Shown piece after piece: positions 49,495 to 61,952 of a stretch of 64,000 bases of DNA. The stretch covers positions 87,360,001 through 87,424,000 of the forward strand of contig NC_086108.1 of assembly GCF_963921235.1 (NCBI RefSeq), read 5' to 3'. How positions within the stretch are numbered: position 1 is the first letter of the stretch; the number at the start of each line of letters is the position of its first letter. Source of the DNA: Mobula hypostoma. Lineage: Eukaryota. The position numbers and the translations under genes were made by a program. The notes under the pieces are model-generated. The model made no database searches, was not told the origin of the DNA, and worked only from the letters and a program-made list of their open reading frames with translations.

Positions 49495-51305
49495 AACATG
49501 AGACATAGGAGCAGAATTAGGCCATTTGGCCCGTCAAGTCTGCTCCACTATTCAATCAAGGCTGATCCTTTTTTTCCCTCCTCAAACCCACTTCCTGGCC
49601 TTCTTCCCGTAACTTTTGATGCCATTTTCAATCAAGAACCTATCAAACTATACCTTAAATACAGCCAACGACCAGGCCTCCACAGCTGCATGTGGTAACA
49701 AATTCCACAAATTCACCACCTTCTGGCTAAAGAAATCTCTCTGCATCTGTTTTCAATGGACACTCCTCTATCCTGAGGCTGTACCTTCTTGTCCTAGACT
49801 CCTCCACCATGGAGAACATCCTTTCCACATCTACTCTGTCTAGGTCTTTCAATATTCAAAAGGTTTCGATGAGATTCCCCTTATGGTTCTAAATTCCAGC
49901 AAGTACAGATGCAGAGCTATCCAACGTTCCTCATATAATAACCCTTTCATTCCTGAAATCATCCTTGTAAACCTCCTCCGGACCCTCTCCAATGCCAGCA
50001 CATCTTTTCATAGATGGGGAGCCCAAAACTGTTCACAATACTCCAGCTGAGGCCTCACTAGTGCTTTATAAAGCCTCAGCATCACATCCCTGCTCTTATA
50101 TTCTAGACCTCTTCAAATGAAGGCTAACATGGCATTTGCCTTCCTCACCACTGACTCAATCTGCAGGTTAACCTTTAGGGTGTTCTGCACGAGACCTCCC
50201 AAGTCCCTTTGTATCGCAGTTTTTTGGATTTCCTCCCCGTTTAGAAAGTTGTTTGCACATTTACTTCTATTACAAACATTGTATTTCATTTGCCACTTTC
50301 TTGCCCATTCTCCTCATCTGCCTAAGTCCTTCTGCAGCCTACCTGTTTCCTCAACACTACCTGCCCCTCTACCAATCTTCATACCATCTGCAAACTTGGC
50401 AACGAAGTCATCTATACCATCATCTAGATCATTGCTATACAGCATAAAAAAGAAGTGGTTCCACCACCGACCCTTGTGGAACACCTCTAGTCACTGCCAG
50501 CCAACCAGAAAAGGGTCGTTTCATTCCCACTTGCTGCCTCCTGCCAATCACCCAATGCCCTCACCATGTTAGTAACTTTCCTGTAATACCATGGGCTCTT
50601 AACTTGGTAAGCAGCCTCATGTTTGCCACCATGTCAAAGGCCTTTTGAAAGTCCAAATATATAACATTCACTACATTCCCTTTATCGATCCTTCTTGCAA
50701 TTTCCTCAAAGAATTCCAACAGGTTCATCAGGCAAGATTTTCCCTTAAGGAAAATCCTAACCCATGCTGTGTCACCAAGTACTCCATAACTTCATCCTTA
50801 ACAATGGACTCCAGCATCTTCCCAACACTGAGGTCAGGCTATCTGCTCTATAATTTCCTTTCTGCTGCCTTCCTCCTTTCTTAAAGAGTGGAGTAACATT
50901 TGCAATTTTCCAGTCCTCTAGCACAATGCCAGAATCCAATGATTTTTGAAAGATCATTACCAATGCCTCCATAATCTCTAACATTACGTCTTTGAGAACC
51001 GTGGAGTGCAGTTTATCTGGTCGGGGTGACTTATGCACCCTTGAGTCTTTCAGCTTAGTGAGCACCTTCTCCCTTGTAATAGTAACTGCACTCACTTCTC
51101 TTCTTTCACATCCTTCAACATCTGGCTCACAGCTAGTGTCTTCCAAAGTGAAGAATGATGCAAAATACTCATTTAAGTTCATCTGCCATCTCCTAGTTCC
51201 CATTATTATTTCTCCAGGCTCATTTTCTAGCGGTCCTATGTCCATTCTTGTCTTTTATTTTTTGAGAAAGCTTTTACTATCCACCTTGATATTGTTTGCT
51301 AGCCT
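49495..51305 (-). mobile_element. Degenerate CR1 ORF2 3' part inserted in a Penelope pseudo-LTR
   Basis: ORF 50772-51245 EDWKIANVTPLFKKG..GNYR; CATGAGACATAGGAGCAG tail. Confidence 0.88.
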
Positions 51306-52844
51306 GTGCTGAGGCCCTTCATTAGGATTAGCTGCAACGTATGCTGGAGGAAGTCAGGAAGGCAGGCAGCATCTATTTCCTCTGTAGATGCTGCCCTACC
51401 TGCTGAGTTCCTGCAGCATTTTGTGTGTATGCTGCTTAAGATTTCCAGCATCTGCAGAATCTCTTGTGTCCCTTGCTTCTGACTCTGAACTCCTCCACTC
51501 CCTACCTGGTTTGACCTGCTGTCATCTTTCACCCCTCCTCAGCCAGCAAACACCTCAGGCTCCTATATCCCTCCCCTCTTCTTTCTGCCTATTTCACCTC
51601 TTGACTCTCTGTCCTGATAGAAGGTTTCAATCAAAATCTTTGAAAATTCCTACCCCTTCCCCATAGATGCTGCTTGACCACGAGTTCCTCCAACAAGGTT
51701 AAATATCCAAATTCTTTGGGATATAAAGCCAAGATTGTAACCCTTCGAAAGTGCACTATACCTTTCAACATCGAGTTTCAAATTGCATTGTGGGCATTAT
51801 TATTACATTCACTGGGACTAATTGGTTGGAAATACTGCAGGGTTAAAGAGGTTTAAATAAAGAGATATCAGATACCTGTATGCAGGTAGCCATCCTGTTC
51901 TCTCACTCCCAGCTTGTTGGAAAATTAATATATATTGGGCCCTTGTCATCCACTTATTAATAGGACCATTGAATGTGCAGGCACTGAAAATCAATATGAA
52001 ATGTTAACATTCGCAAACTTATGGGACAGAGTTCTAAATGGCAGTGGTAGTAAGTCTAACGGTCTGTTCCTAAGTTTTCCTTTCTCCATATCTACATTTT
52101 TTTGTTTTTACATACAGTATATCTTAATCTCATAAAAGATCTTTGTTTCTTTTCATTTTGGAAGTTCCCCAACCCACACAAGAATTGCATGATTGATTAA
52201 TCAGCTTGTAAGCCACAGTTAATGTTGCTTCTACCTCTTAGTCACACATGAAATACACTGGTGGAATTGTTTTGTTTTTCCTTGTTACTGCAAGAATAAG
52301 TTTATTCATTAGAGCAAAAAACGCGCGCCATCTCCCACACTTTGCGCTGGTAGACTTAATATATAGCTTTGCTGTTTTACCACTGGAGAAATTGAAATTT
52401 AAGACGCCTAATTTATCTTAAACTCCTAAAAGCTATGGAAGACAGTAGATCACATGTACTACAGAACAGTGAAGTAAACAGTGATAGCTGAAAGTTCCCC
52501 AAAAAGAGAACCACAAACAGACAAATGGGTAGGAAAGGCTGAGAGGACTCACTAAAAAACACTGAAAAAGCACTGACATTTCTATAGTTGTGTGAGAAGT
52601 GATTTTTTGTGAATTTGATTCCAATCTTCCAAAAAAACTAACTACATTTTGTTTCAAAAATGACTTACATTTATACATCAAGTTGTTTTTTAAAGAACAG
52701 GAGCTGCTCAAAAGAAAGCAGACAAAAATTTCTTCAGTGGATCCCTAAAGTGTGGTGTATCTTTTCAGTAACAATGTAATTAGCTAATTAGCCATAGGAG
52801 TAGAAACAAGAAGGTTGGGATCCTCATACTTTGGTTTAAGGACA

Positions 52845-53262
52845 TGATAATGTGGATTTGCGTCCATACATCACTCAAAGTTGCAGTGCAAGTTCATAGG
52901 ATTGTTAAGAAGTTGTGTGGCTTGATGGCCTTCATTAGTTGGGGGATTGAGTTCAAGAGCTGTGAATATTGGAATATTGTAATCAGTTCTGGTCGGCTCA
53001 TTATAGGAAGCATGTGGAAGCTTTAGAGAAGGTGCAGATTTAGAGATTTACCAGGATGCTGCCCAGACTACAGAACATGAATTATGAGGATAGATTGAGT
53101 GAACTAGGGCTTTGTCTTTGAGAGAGGTGAAACATGACTTGATAGAGGTGTACAAGATGATGAGAGGCATAGATTGAGGGGTAGATTGATCTTAGAGCAG
53201 ATTAAAAAGTCAGCACAACTTTGCGGGTAAAAGGCCTGTGTTGTAATGTTCTATGTTCTATG
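52845..53262 (+). mobile_element. Degenerate CR1 3' fragment
   Basis: SLKVAVQV..AFISWGIEFKS; (GTTCTAT)n tail. Confidence 0.75.
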
Positions 53263-54389
53263 ATAGACACTAATGTGAATCCAAGTAAAAAACCAGCCCT
53301 CCACCACCACCACCCTCTCACTTTGCTATTGGAAGGCTGGTCCTTTTGTGAGCAGTCGGCGTTGCCACAGTTCACTTGCACTGTGAATGAAGATGAATGA
53401 AAATAAACACCATTATAACTCCGCACAATACAGAGCTAAGCAGGGGTTTCACTGGACCACCTCCTCACAGCCTGTTGTCAGTGAAGATCAGCAATAATGG
53501 AGTGGCCTTTGCACTGATGATGCTGATAAATCGTGGGACTTCAAATATTTGTTCAGTTGCTCGGTCTAAGATACAGGGTCAACAGTCATTTCAAAGATCC
53601 CTTAGTGTTACTGCTTACCAAGACAAATAACAGAATTGGAGCTATCATCAAGAGCATAAACTTCCTGCCAAAATACAGGGTTGAGTTGGAAAATTTACAG
53701 CTAAAGTAAGCGGTACATTCTATTTTTAAAGGCACCTTTGCACCTTAATACTCTACTTTTGCAGACTTTGTTCAAACCAGCAACATTAAATATTGAAAAC
53801 AATAAATATTGCACATGAAAACAGTGCTATTTTCCTACCACCCCCAGCAGCAGCTATGTGGTTATTCAAAAGAAGTGAAAAGAAAAGTAAGTTATATTTA
53901 AATACATTCCTGGGGATGGTTTGTCCTTTCATCTGTTAATTCATCTTCTTTGCCCCTCCAACTTTAGAAACTGCCCCTCTTCCCCAGGTTACTCACGGTT
54001 CCAATGCTCTCGGCTGTAAGCTGGAGATCGGCATGGAATCAGCGCCACAGAATGATTACTGTAGAGAATGGGGATCAGTGTGGTATGGCTGTTGATTGGA
54101 ATAAATCAGCTATATTGATGAGTTTGGAACAAAATTTTTTAATTATTTAGTGACAGGCCCTTCTGACCCAATGAGCCCACATCTCCAATAAACCGATTTA
54201 ACCTGTATGCCTTGGGAATGTCGAAAGAAATCCACCCAGTTACAAGAAGAACATACAAACTCCTTACAGACAGCGGTGGAATTGAACCTGGGTCACTGGC
54301 GCTGTGACAGCATTATGCTAAGCACTACACTACCATGACAATATGGTAAGGCCAAGCCTGCTTCTTTACTCTGTTTACCGTTCTTTAAG

Positions 54390-54765
54390 CAAAAAGCTCA
54401 GAATGCTGGAATAAATCAGCAGGTGAAGGAGCATTTAGGGAGGGAAAATGAGCAGTCATCCTTTTGAGTTAAGACCATTCACCAAATTCGATGAAGGGTC
54501 TCGACCGGTGCTCCCTAACAGCACTGTGAGTGTACCTACACCTCAGGGACTGCAGCAGTTCAAGAAGGCAGCTCATCACCCCTTCTCAAGGGCAACTAGG
54601 ATGGGCAATAAATGCCAGCTGAGCTGGCGATGCCCACATCCCGCAAATGAAAAAAACCTGAAACGTCGACTACCTATTTCCCTCAACAGATGCCTCCTTA
54701 CTCACTGAGTATCTGCAGTAGATTTTTTGTTGCTCCAGATTCCTGCATCTGCAGTCTCTTGCATC
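54390..54765. mobile_element. Inverted Penelope pseudo-LTR pair interrupted by a LINE 3' tail (54507-54656)
   Basis: GATGAAGGGTCTCGACC, insert with AATAAA and A-tail, then CCTGAAACGTCGACT. Confidence 0.7.
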
Positions 54766-54899
54766 CAACTTCTTTAAATACCACTGTACATGCTGGATTT
54801 ATTTATCAAGTCATTGCACGTTATCTCCTGGCCAGTTCTGGATTCTTGCTCATTCACAATTTCTTCTGTTCAACCATTGGCTGTCATGATAGATTAGCT

Positions 54900-55636
54900 A
54901 GCGGTTGAGATGTTGGCTAATAGATTAGAATGAGGGAAAATATGAAATTATTCAGTCTAGAAATGAGAATGAAAAGTTAAGTTATTATTTAAAGGTTATA
55001 AGAAAGAGGTCCTGGACTTGAGTAGTTGAAATATAAAGAGTCAGAATGCAGGCAGAGCGAGTAATTAGATGGCCAGTGGAATGTTGGCCTTCAATGCAAG
55101 GAGGATGGGACATTTTCCTGAAATTTTAAAGGTAATTGATGAAATTACACCAGGAATACTGAATATATTTAAGGAAGGATATAACTGCTTTGGACAGAAC
55201 AAAGAGAAGGCAGAGTCCTGGAAAGAAAGGGATTACATTACAAGGGTTGAGCAGATTACACTTGTGCTCATTGGAGAAGAAAGGGAGATAATCTGATTGA
55301 AGCATGTAAGATTTTGTGGAGGGTTGAGTGGATGGATACTGGGAGGCTGTTTCCCATTGCAGAGGTATCTAACATTAGAAAGCATGATTTCACAATCAGG
55401 GGTAATCGGAGATGGAGATGAGGAGCAATTTCTTCTGTCAGAGGGGCATGAATTTATGGAGGTTGCTATGCCAGAGGCTACATAATTAAATACATTCAAA
55501 CTGGAGACTGACTATCATTTGAACTTCAGGGGATTCAAAGGATATGGGAAGGGTGGTGTTGTGGCCAATACTGGATAGCCCACAATCTTATTGAATGGCA
55601 GAGCAGACTCAGGGGGCTCCTGTTTCTTACGTTCTA
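54900..55636 (+). mobile_element. Highly degenerate CR1 3' fragment
   Basis: ASGMLAFNAR; ends GAATGGCAGAGCAGACTC..CTCCTGTTTCTTACGTTCTA. Confidence 0.65.
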
Positions 55637-55804
55637 AAGCTCTGTCTTCTGTTGACCGACAATTCAAATTGCCGCAGACATGTTTGAAGCTAAACAGAAT
55701 AGATAGGAAGTTCATCATGACCAGCCCCGTACCCATGGAAACCACAATGGCAATAGGCAATACAACAAGCGTGAGCAATATTTCCTCCCTCTCGCCCCAG
55801 AGGT
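55631..55804 (-). other. Candidate coding exon (174 nt, phase 1-1) encoding a transmembrane-like segment
   Basis: ATATTCCCTTAG acceptor, AAC|GTAAGA donor, open frame DLWGEREEILLTLVVLPIAIVVSMGTGLVMMNFLSILFSFK...; non-repeat-looking, retains CpGs; donor overlaps a CR1 tail. Confidence 0.3.
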
Positions 55805-55873
55805 CTAAGGGAATATAGCAATCTGATGCCAGTCTAACTGGCACTTGTAACTAATCCAGGCCAAAAATAAATG

Positions 55874-58800
55874 TACGAGTGGTGATTGATAAGTTCATGG
55901 CCCAAGGTAGAAGGGGATTAGTTATTAACTTCAAACTTTCTGCATAATCACTCAAAGAGCTGAACTGCACATGCATGTAACAAGAGCTGTATAACTCATC
56001 TCCTTCTACCTCAGGCCACAAACTTATCAATCACCCCCGCTGTGGACCTCTTCTGGAGGTCCAAGACGCCGACTTCCAGAAGTGCATATGGCTGGGCGAT
56101 CTGGAAGACTGTGTAAGGAATCTGGAGCAGCAGCTGGATGACCTTCGACTCATAAGGAAGAATGAGGCAGTCATAGATGAGAGCTACAGGGAGGTAGTCA
56201 CACCTAGCCTGTTGGAAGCAGGTCATTGGGTGACAGTCAGAGGGGGGAAAGCGAGGGTGAGCAGGCAGGTAGTGCAGAGCACCCCGGTAGTGCAGAGCAC
56301 CCCTGTAGCCATTCCCCGAATAATAAATTTACCGCCCTGGATACTGTTGGCGGGGACGACCGACCAGGTGTGAGCCGCGGTGGCAGGGCCTCCGGCACTG
56401 AGTCTGACCCTGTGGTACAGAAGGGTGGGATGGAGAAGAGGAGAGCTGTCGTCATTGGAGACTCTATAGTCGGGGAGCAGACAGGAGATTTTTGTTGACG
56501 TGAGAAGGACACCCGCATGGTTTGTTGCCTCCCAGGTGCCAGGGTCTGGGATGTCTCTGACCGGGTGCATGACATCCTGGTACGAGAGGGAAAGCAACCA
56601 GAAGTCGTGATACGTGTTGGGACCAACGACATAGGCAGGAAGAAGGATGAGGTCCTGAAGTGTGAGTTTCAGGAACTAGGCAGAAGGCTGAAGAACAGGA
56701 CCTCAAGGGTGGCGTTCTCAGGATTGCTGCCAGTGCTACGTAAGAATTGGAGGAGATGGCAGTTGAATGCATGGCTGAGGAGTTGGTGCAGGGAGCAGGG
56801 TTTTAGATTTTTGGATCATTGGGATCTCTTCTGGGGAAGGTGGGACCTGTACAGATTAGATGAGTTGTACCTGAACTCGAGGAGGAGCAATATCCTTGCA
56901 GGTAGGTTTGCTAGCATGGTTCGGGAGGGTTTAAACTAACTTGCAAGGGGGATGGGACCCAGAGCAATAGAGCAGTGAAAGAAGTGCATGGAGTAAAGCC
57001 GGATCTAACATATAGAGAGGCTTTGAGGAAAGAGAAGCAGAATAAACGGTGTAAAGACAGTAAGGTAGAAGGGCTGAAATGTGTGTACCTCAATGCAAGA
57101 AGCATCAGGAACAAAGATGATGAACTGAGAGCTTGGATACATACATGGAATTATGATGTAGTGACCATTACAGAGAATTGGCTGGCACCGGGGCAGGAAT
57201 GGATTCTCAATATTCCTGGATTTCAATGCTTTAAAAGGGATAGAGAGGGCAGAAAAAGGGGAGGAGAGGTGGCATTACTGGTCAGGGATACTATTACAGC
57301 TACAGAAAGGGTAGGTAATGTAGCAGATCCTCTTTTGAGTCAGTATGGGTGGAAGTCAGGAACAGGAAGGGAGCAGTTACTCTATTGGGAGTATTCTATA
57401 GGCCCCCTGGTAGCAGCAGAGATACAAAGGAGCAGATTGGGAGGCAGATTTTGGAAAGGTGCAAAAATAACAGGGTTGTTATCATGGGTGACTTTAACTA
57501 ATATTGATTGGCACCTGATTAGTTCCAAGGGTTTAGATGGGGCAGAGTTTGTTAAATGTGTCCAGGACAGATTCCTGTCACAGTATGTGGACAGGCCGAC
57601 TAGGGGGAATGCCATACTAGATCTAGTACTAGGTAATGAACCGGGTCAGGTCACAGATCGCTCAGTGGGTGAGCATCTGGGGGACAGTGACCACCGCTCC
57701 CTGGCCTTCAGCATTATCATGGAAAAGGATAGAATCAGAGAGGACAGGAAAATTTTTAATTGGGGAAAGGCAAATTATGAGGCTATAAGGCTAGAACTTG
57801 TGGGTGTGAATTGGGATGATGTTTTTGCAGGGAAATGTACTATGGACATGTGGTCAATGTTTAGAGATCTCTTGCAGGATGTTAGGGATAAATTTGTCCT
57901 GGTAAGGAAGATAAAGAATGGTAGGGTGAAGGAACCATGGGTGACAAGTGAGGTGGAAAATCTAGTCAGGTGGAAGAAGGCAGCATACATGAGGTTTAGG
58001 AAGCAAGGATCAGATGGGTCTATTGAGGAATATAGGGAAGCAAGAAAGGAGCTTAATAAGGGGCTGAGGAGAGCAAGAAGGGGGCATGAGAAGGCCTTGG
58101 CGAGTAGGGTAAAGGAAAACCCCAAGGCATTCTTCAATTATATGAAGGGAAAAAGGATGACAGGAGTGAAGGTAGGACCGATTAGAGATAAAGGTGGGAA
58201 GGTGTGCCTGGAGGCTGTGGAAGTGAGTGAGGTCCTCAATGAATACTTCTCTTCAGTATTCACCAATGAGAGGGAAATTGATGATGGTGAGGACAATATG
58301 AGTGAGGTTGATGTTCTGGAGCATGTTGATATTAAGGGAGAGGTGTTGGATTTGTTAAAATACATTAGGATGGATAAGTCCCCAGGGCCTGACGGAATAT
58401 TCCCCAGGCTGCTCCACAAGGCAAGGGAAGAGATTGCTGAGTCTCTGGCTATGATCTTTATGTCCTCGTTGTCCACAGGAATGGTACCGGAGGATTGGAG
58501 GGAGGCGAATGTTGTCCCCTTGTTCAAAAAAGGTAGTAGGGATAGTCCAGGTAATAATAGACCAGTGAGCCTTACGTCTGTGGTGGGAAAGCTGTTGGAA
58601 AAGATTCTTAGAGATAGGATCTCTGGGCATTTAGAGAATCATGGTCTGATCAGGGACAGTCAGCATGGCTTTGTGAAGGGCAGATCGTGTCTAACAAAAC
58701 TGATAGAGTTCTTTGAGGAGGTGACCAGGCATATAGATGAGGGTAGTGCAGTGGATGTGATCTATATGGATTTTAGTAAGGCATTTGACAAGGTTCCACA

Positions 58801-59091
58801 TGGTAGGCTTATTCAGAAAGTTAGAAGGCATGGGATCCAGGGAAGTTTGGCCAGGTGGATTCAAAATTGGCTTGCCTGCAGAAGGCAGGCAGTCGTGGTG
58901 GAGGGAGTACATTCAAACTGGAGGATTGTGACTAGTGGTGTCCCACAAGGATCTGTTCTGGGACCTCTACTTCTCGTGATTTTTATTAACGACCTGGATG
59001 TGGGGGTAGAAGGGTGGGTTGACAAGTTTGCAGACGACACAAAGGTTGGTGGTGTTGTAGATAGTGTAGAACTTATCAATCACTCCTCGTA
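55874..59091. mobile_element. Tc1/mariner non-autonomous element (TA-flanked TIRs) enclosing a CR1 segment
   Basis: TA-CGAGTGGTGATTGATAAGTT at 55874-55895 and AACTTATCAATCACTCCTCG-TA at 59070-59091 (20/22 complementary); internal TIR copy at ~55996-56037. Confidence 0.8.
56077..59069 (+). mobile_element. CR1 internal segment (most of ORF1 + ORF2 up to just past FADD), no 3' end; same subfamily as 13385-16872
   Basis: [34 protein letters not shown]; stops abruptly at VVDSVE. Confidence 0.93.
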
Positions 59092-61004
59092 GGTCTGTCT
59101 CACTTGCCCATCTATCATTTGAGTCATCTACACAGTGTTGGAGAAGAGAAAGTTTAATTATTTGTTCTATATTGTACCTTCCTTTCCTTTCCTCAGCTGC
59201 TGGGAAGTGTGCAGGTATAAACTGAGGTCTATCTATCTAATATCCTCCATTTAAGAGAAGCCACATTCTCTTAATGGGAGTGTTCTCTTAAAGTGGGAAG
59301 CAGAATTCCCCACTTCCACCAGAACACTAGTTGTAACTCCAGTCTCCTGGAGACTCTCAGCATTGTCAAATCCATTGTGTAGTACTCAGAGTACTTGGTC
59401 AACAATCCACGGTGGGATAGTGTCTGCAAATCCAATAGCTACGATGGAACCTCCAGTTTGTGAGTGTGTGTGTCCACAAAAAGCAATGTGTGGAATGATA
59501 AGCAGAATTAACATTTCAGGTTTATGACCCCCTGTGCTTGATGGGCTAAGTGTTTCCAGCATTTTCAGATTCTTTCCAGATTTCAGCATTTGCCCTTTTA
59601 TTTCTGATTTCCACACAATTCTCTGTTATTGTTCAATGCTGTGTTAGGGCAATCAGAATTGATTAAACTCCTTCAAATCAATCACCCTGGGCCCTTTTTA
59701 GAAACTGTTTATGAGGTAATTCTTCAATTCGTAAAAATACTGATCTTTTTTAGACTTTACAGATGTTTCTCAGCTAAAACTGATTCAACTGAAGGGACAG
59801 CAAATCCTTTAATGGCAAATTTCACCGCAGTGCTGGTGATGGATGTGGAAGAAGGTGCTATTTACGTACTGCAGATATCGCTGAGGAAAACAGCACCCTC
59901 TTTAGGAGCCTAGTCTACCACTAAAACATACAAGCCTATTTAAATAGAAACACAATACTTTGCTCTGGGATACATTTCCACTTTCCAAACCCTCTCATGG
60001 AAATAGTTATCGAACATAGATTACCAACACAGCAAAGGATATCAAATAGTCGAAAAGCTAGTAGAAGGAAGCAGAGACTCAAAGATTTTCTCTAACAACA
60101 ACCATCTGGAAAAAGGGTTAATGTACAAATAAAATGGGAAGATTTTTTAACAGGTTTATTATAGACAGTGCATCGGAAACCATCTTAAGAATAGAAAAAA
60201 GGACAACTTCTGTCCTCGAAGAGTTATTTTTTGAGTCAAAATGATGTTTTATTAAACCACCTGAAAATAACTGTGCCTATGGGATTGCAGCTGCAATACA
60301 TTTACGGGCTATAATAATGCTTCAATACACAAAATATTGGAATTCCAAGTGAAATAATTCTGCTTTCTTTCCCCAGAGAAACGTACAGCTTGGTTTAGGT
60401 TTACTGGTATTTACTGCTTAGATACAATCTTCGAAGCATCACAGGGAGCTTTTGAAAACCTTTGTGCTGTTAGTGCTGATGCCAGCTGAACAGACAATCC
60501 CCACCTATCATTTGAATATTCCAGCAATTCTTTCTGGCAGCTTGCATCCCTGTGGAGCAGCTGACTGACAACCTCAATAAGGCTCATCAGCCCACAACCT
60601 GCCCCATCCCACCACTTTCAGTTGTACACAGAACTTGGCATTTTCCCAAGGCTTGCTTGGCAGTGAGGCAAAAAGCAAGGGAGGTGCCTAACCTAGGATT
60701 CATTAGTGCTCACAGAATCTTCCTACAGGATCGGTAGTGGAGGTTCGATCATTGAGGATACTTAAGATGAATTTTCTTCATGCTGCTTGGGATAAGCACG
60801 TTGATACGTATTTCTGAAGGCCGGAATATCTTACAATGAGCAAGCCACATTGCTTGACTGATGGGATGTTCTAAACATTGTAAAGTTGCTCTCTCCTGTG
60901 TCTAGTTTATTTATTGTAATGAAATTGGCTCTCCCAGCTGCTCCACTGTGATGTCCATTCATGTCCCTATTTCCTTCTGCCTTTTGAAGTTTGCCTAATC
61001 TCAC

Positions 61005-61142
61005 CATTTAATGATGGAGTCTTGTTTATTTGCTTTCTCTCAACTTTAATCTTTTCTCTCAGGACTTTTATTGATCTCATTTGTTCTCTGGTCAGATTCT
61101 TAATAATTTCAAAAGCAGAAAACGCTGGAAACACAGCATTTT
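61005..61142 (-). other. Candidate coding exon (138 nt, phase 1-1)
   Basis: CTTCACAG acceptor, ATG|GTGAGA donor, open frame NAVFPAFSAFEIIKNLTREQMRSIKVLREKIKVERKQINKTPSLN; no recognised homologue. Confidence 0.25.
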
Positions 61143-61952
61143 CTGTGAAGACGTCATTTATATTCAGTTTCTGCAAATTTTCACTTCACAATTACGGTCC
61201 TATCCCATTGCAGCCAGGGCAAGTCACACTAACAGGCAACCTAATCTCCCAGGGCAATATGGCAGTTAATTATACTGTGCATATCTGGACTTCCAGGACT
61301 GAACCCTGCACTGCTCAGTCAGTCTTCCATCTCTGCCAAAAGCCCTCAGACTGAATTATCAGTTTCCATTGTCATAATGAGGTCCTGATGGTTGTCGGCT
61401 TCTTAAGGCTAGTGTGACCACATTGATTCCCAAAAGGCAAAGGCAAAGTATAAATCAATTTGAGGCAGATCCAGTCCAATGAATACTTTCACTTTCAGAA
61501 TAACAATCTTCAGGAGCAGCACAAATAACTGCCTCCTTTATGTTTAAACCATGCCCTTGGAAATTATGAGCAAGGTGAAATCTAGGGGTGGGGTTGGAAA
61601 GCCTAGTAAATGGAATTGGTAGATAGGAACTTGCTAGTCACCACAGACACTTGAATCATCACCTTTAAGAGACATAGAGTCTGTTTCTATGCTTGATGAT
61701 TCTATGACTCTTAAAGTTGATGATTCAAGTGTCCTAACTGCCATTAGAGGGCCTTGCTTTGGCTAGCTTATAGACTCTGGGTCCAGCCAACATAATTAGA
61801 TCTCCAAATACTGTATCTGCATAGACTTCATTACATATAAGAAAGATTGTCAGCAACATTCCACAGCATACAACGTGAAACAAGGAAATAATCTTCATAA
61901 TCATAATCCAGCTACACGAAACAGTGATACTTGTATATATAATATTTCAGTA

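Noticed and set aside
52669..52744. Minus-strand exon GSTEEIFVCFLL... with GTAAGT donor
   Set aside because: Weak acceptor and AT-rich, intron-like composition
54016..54042. Selenocysteine read-through of the TGA in IILWR*FHADLQL
   Set aside because: No SECIS or homologue evidence, and the exon itself is unproven
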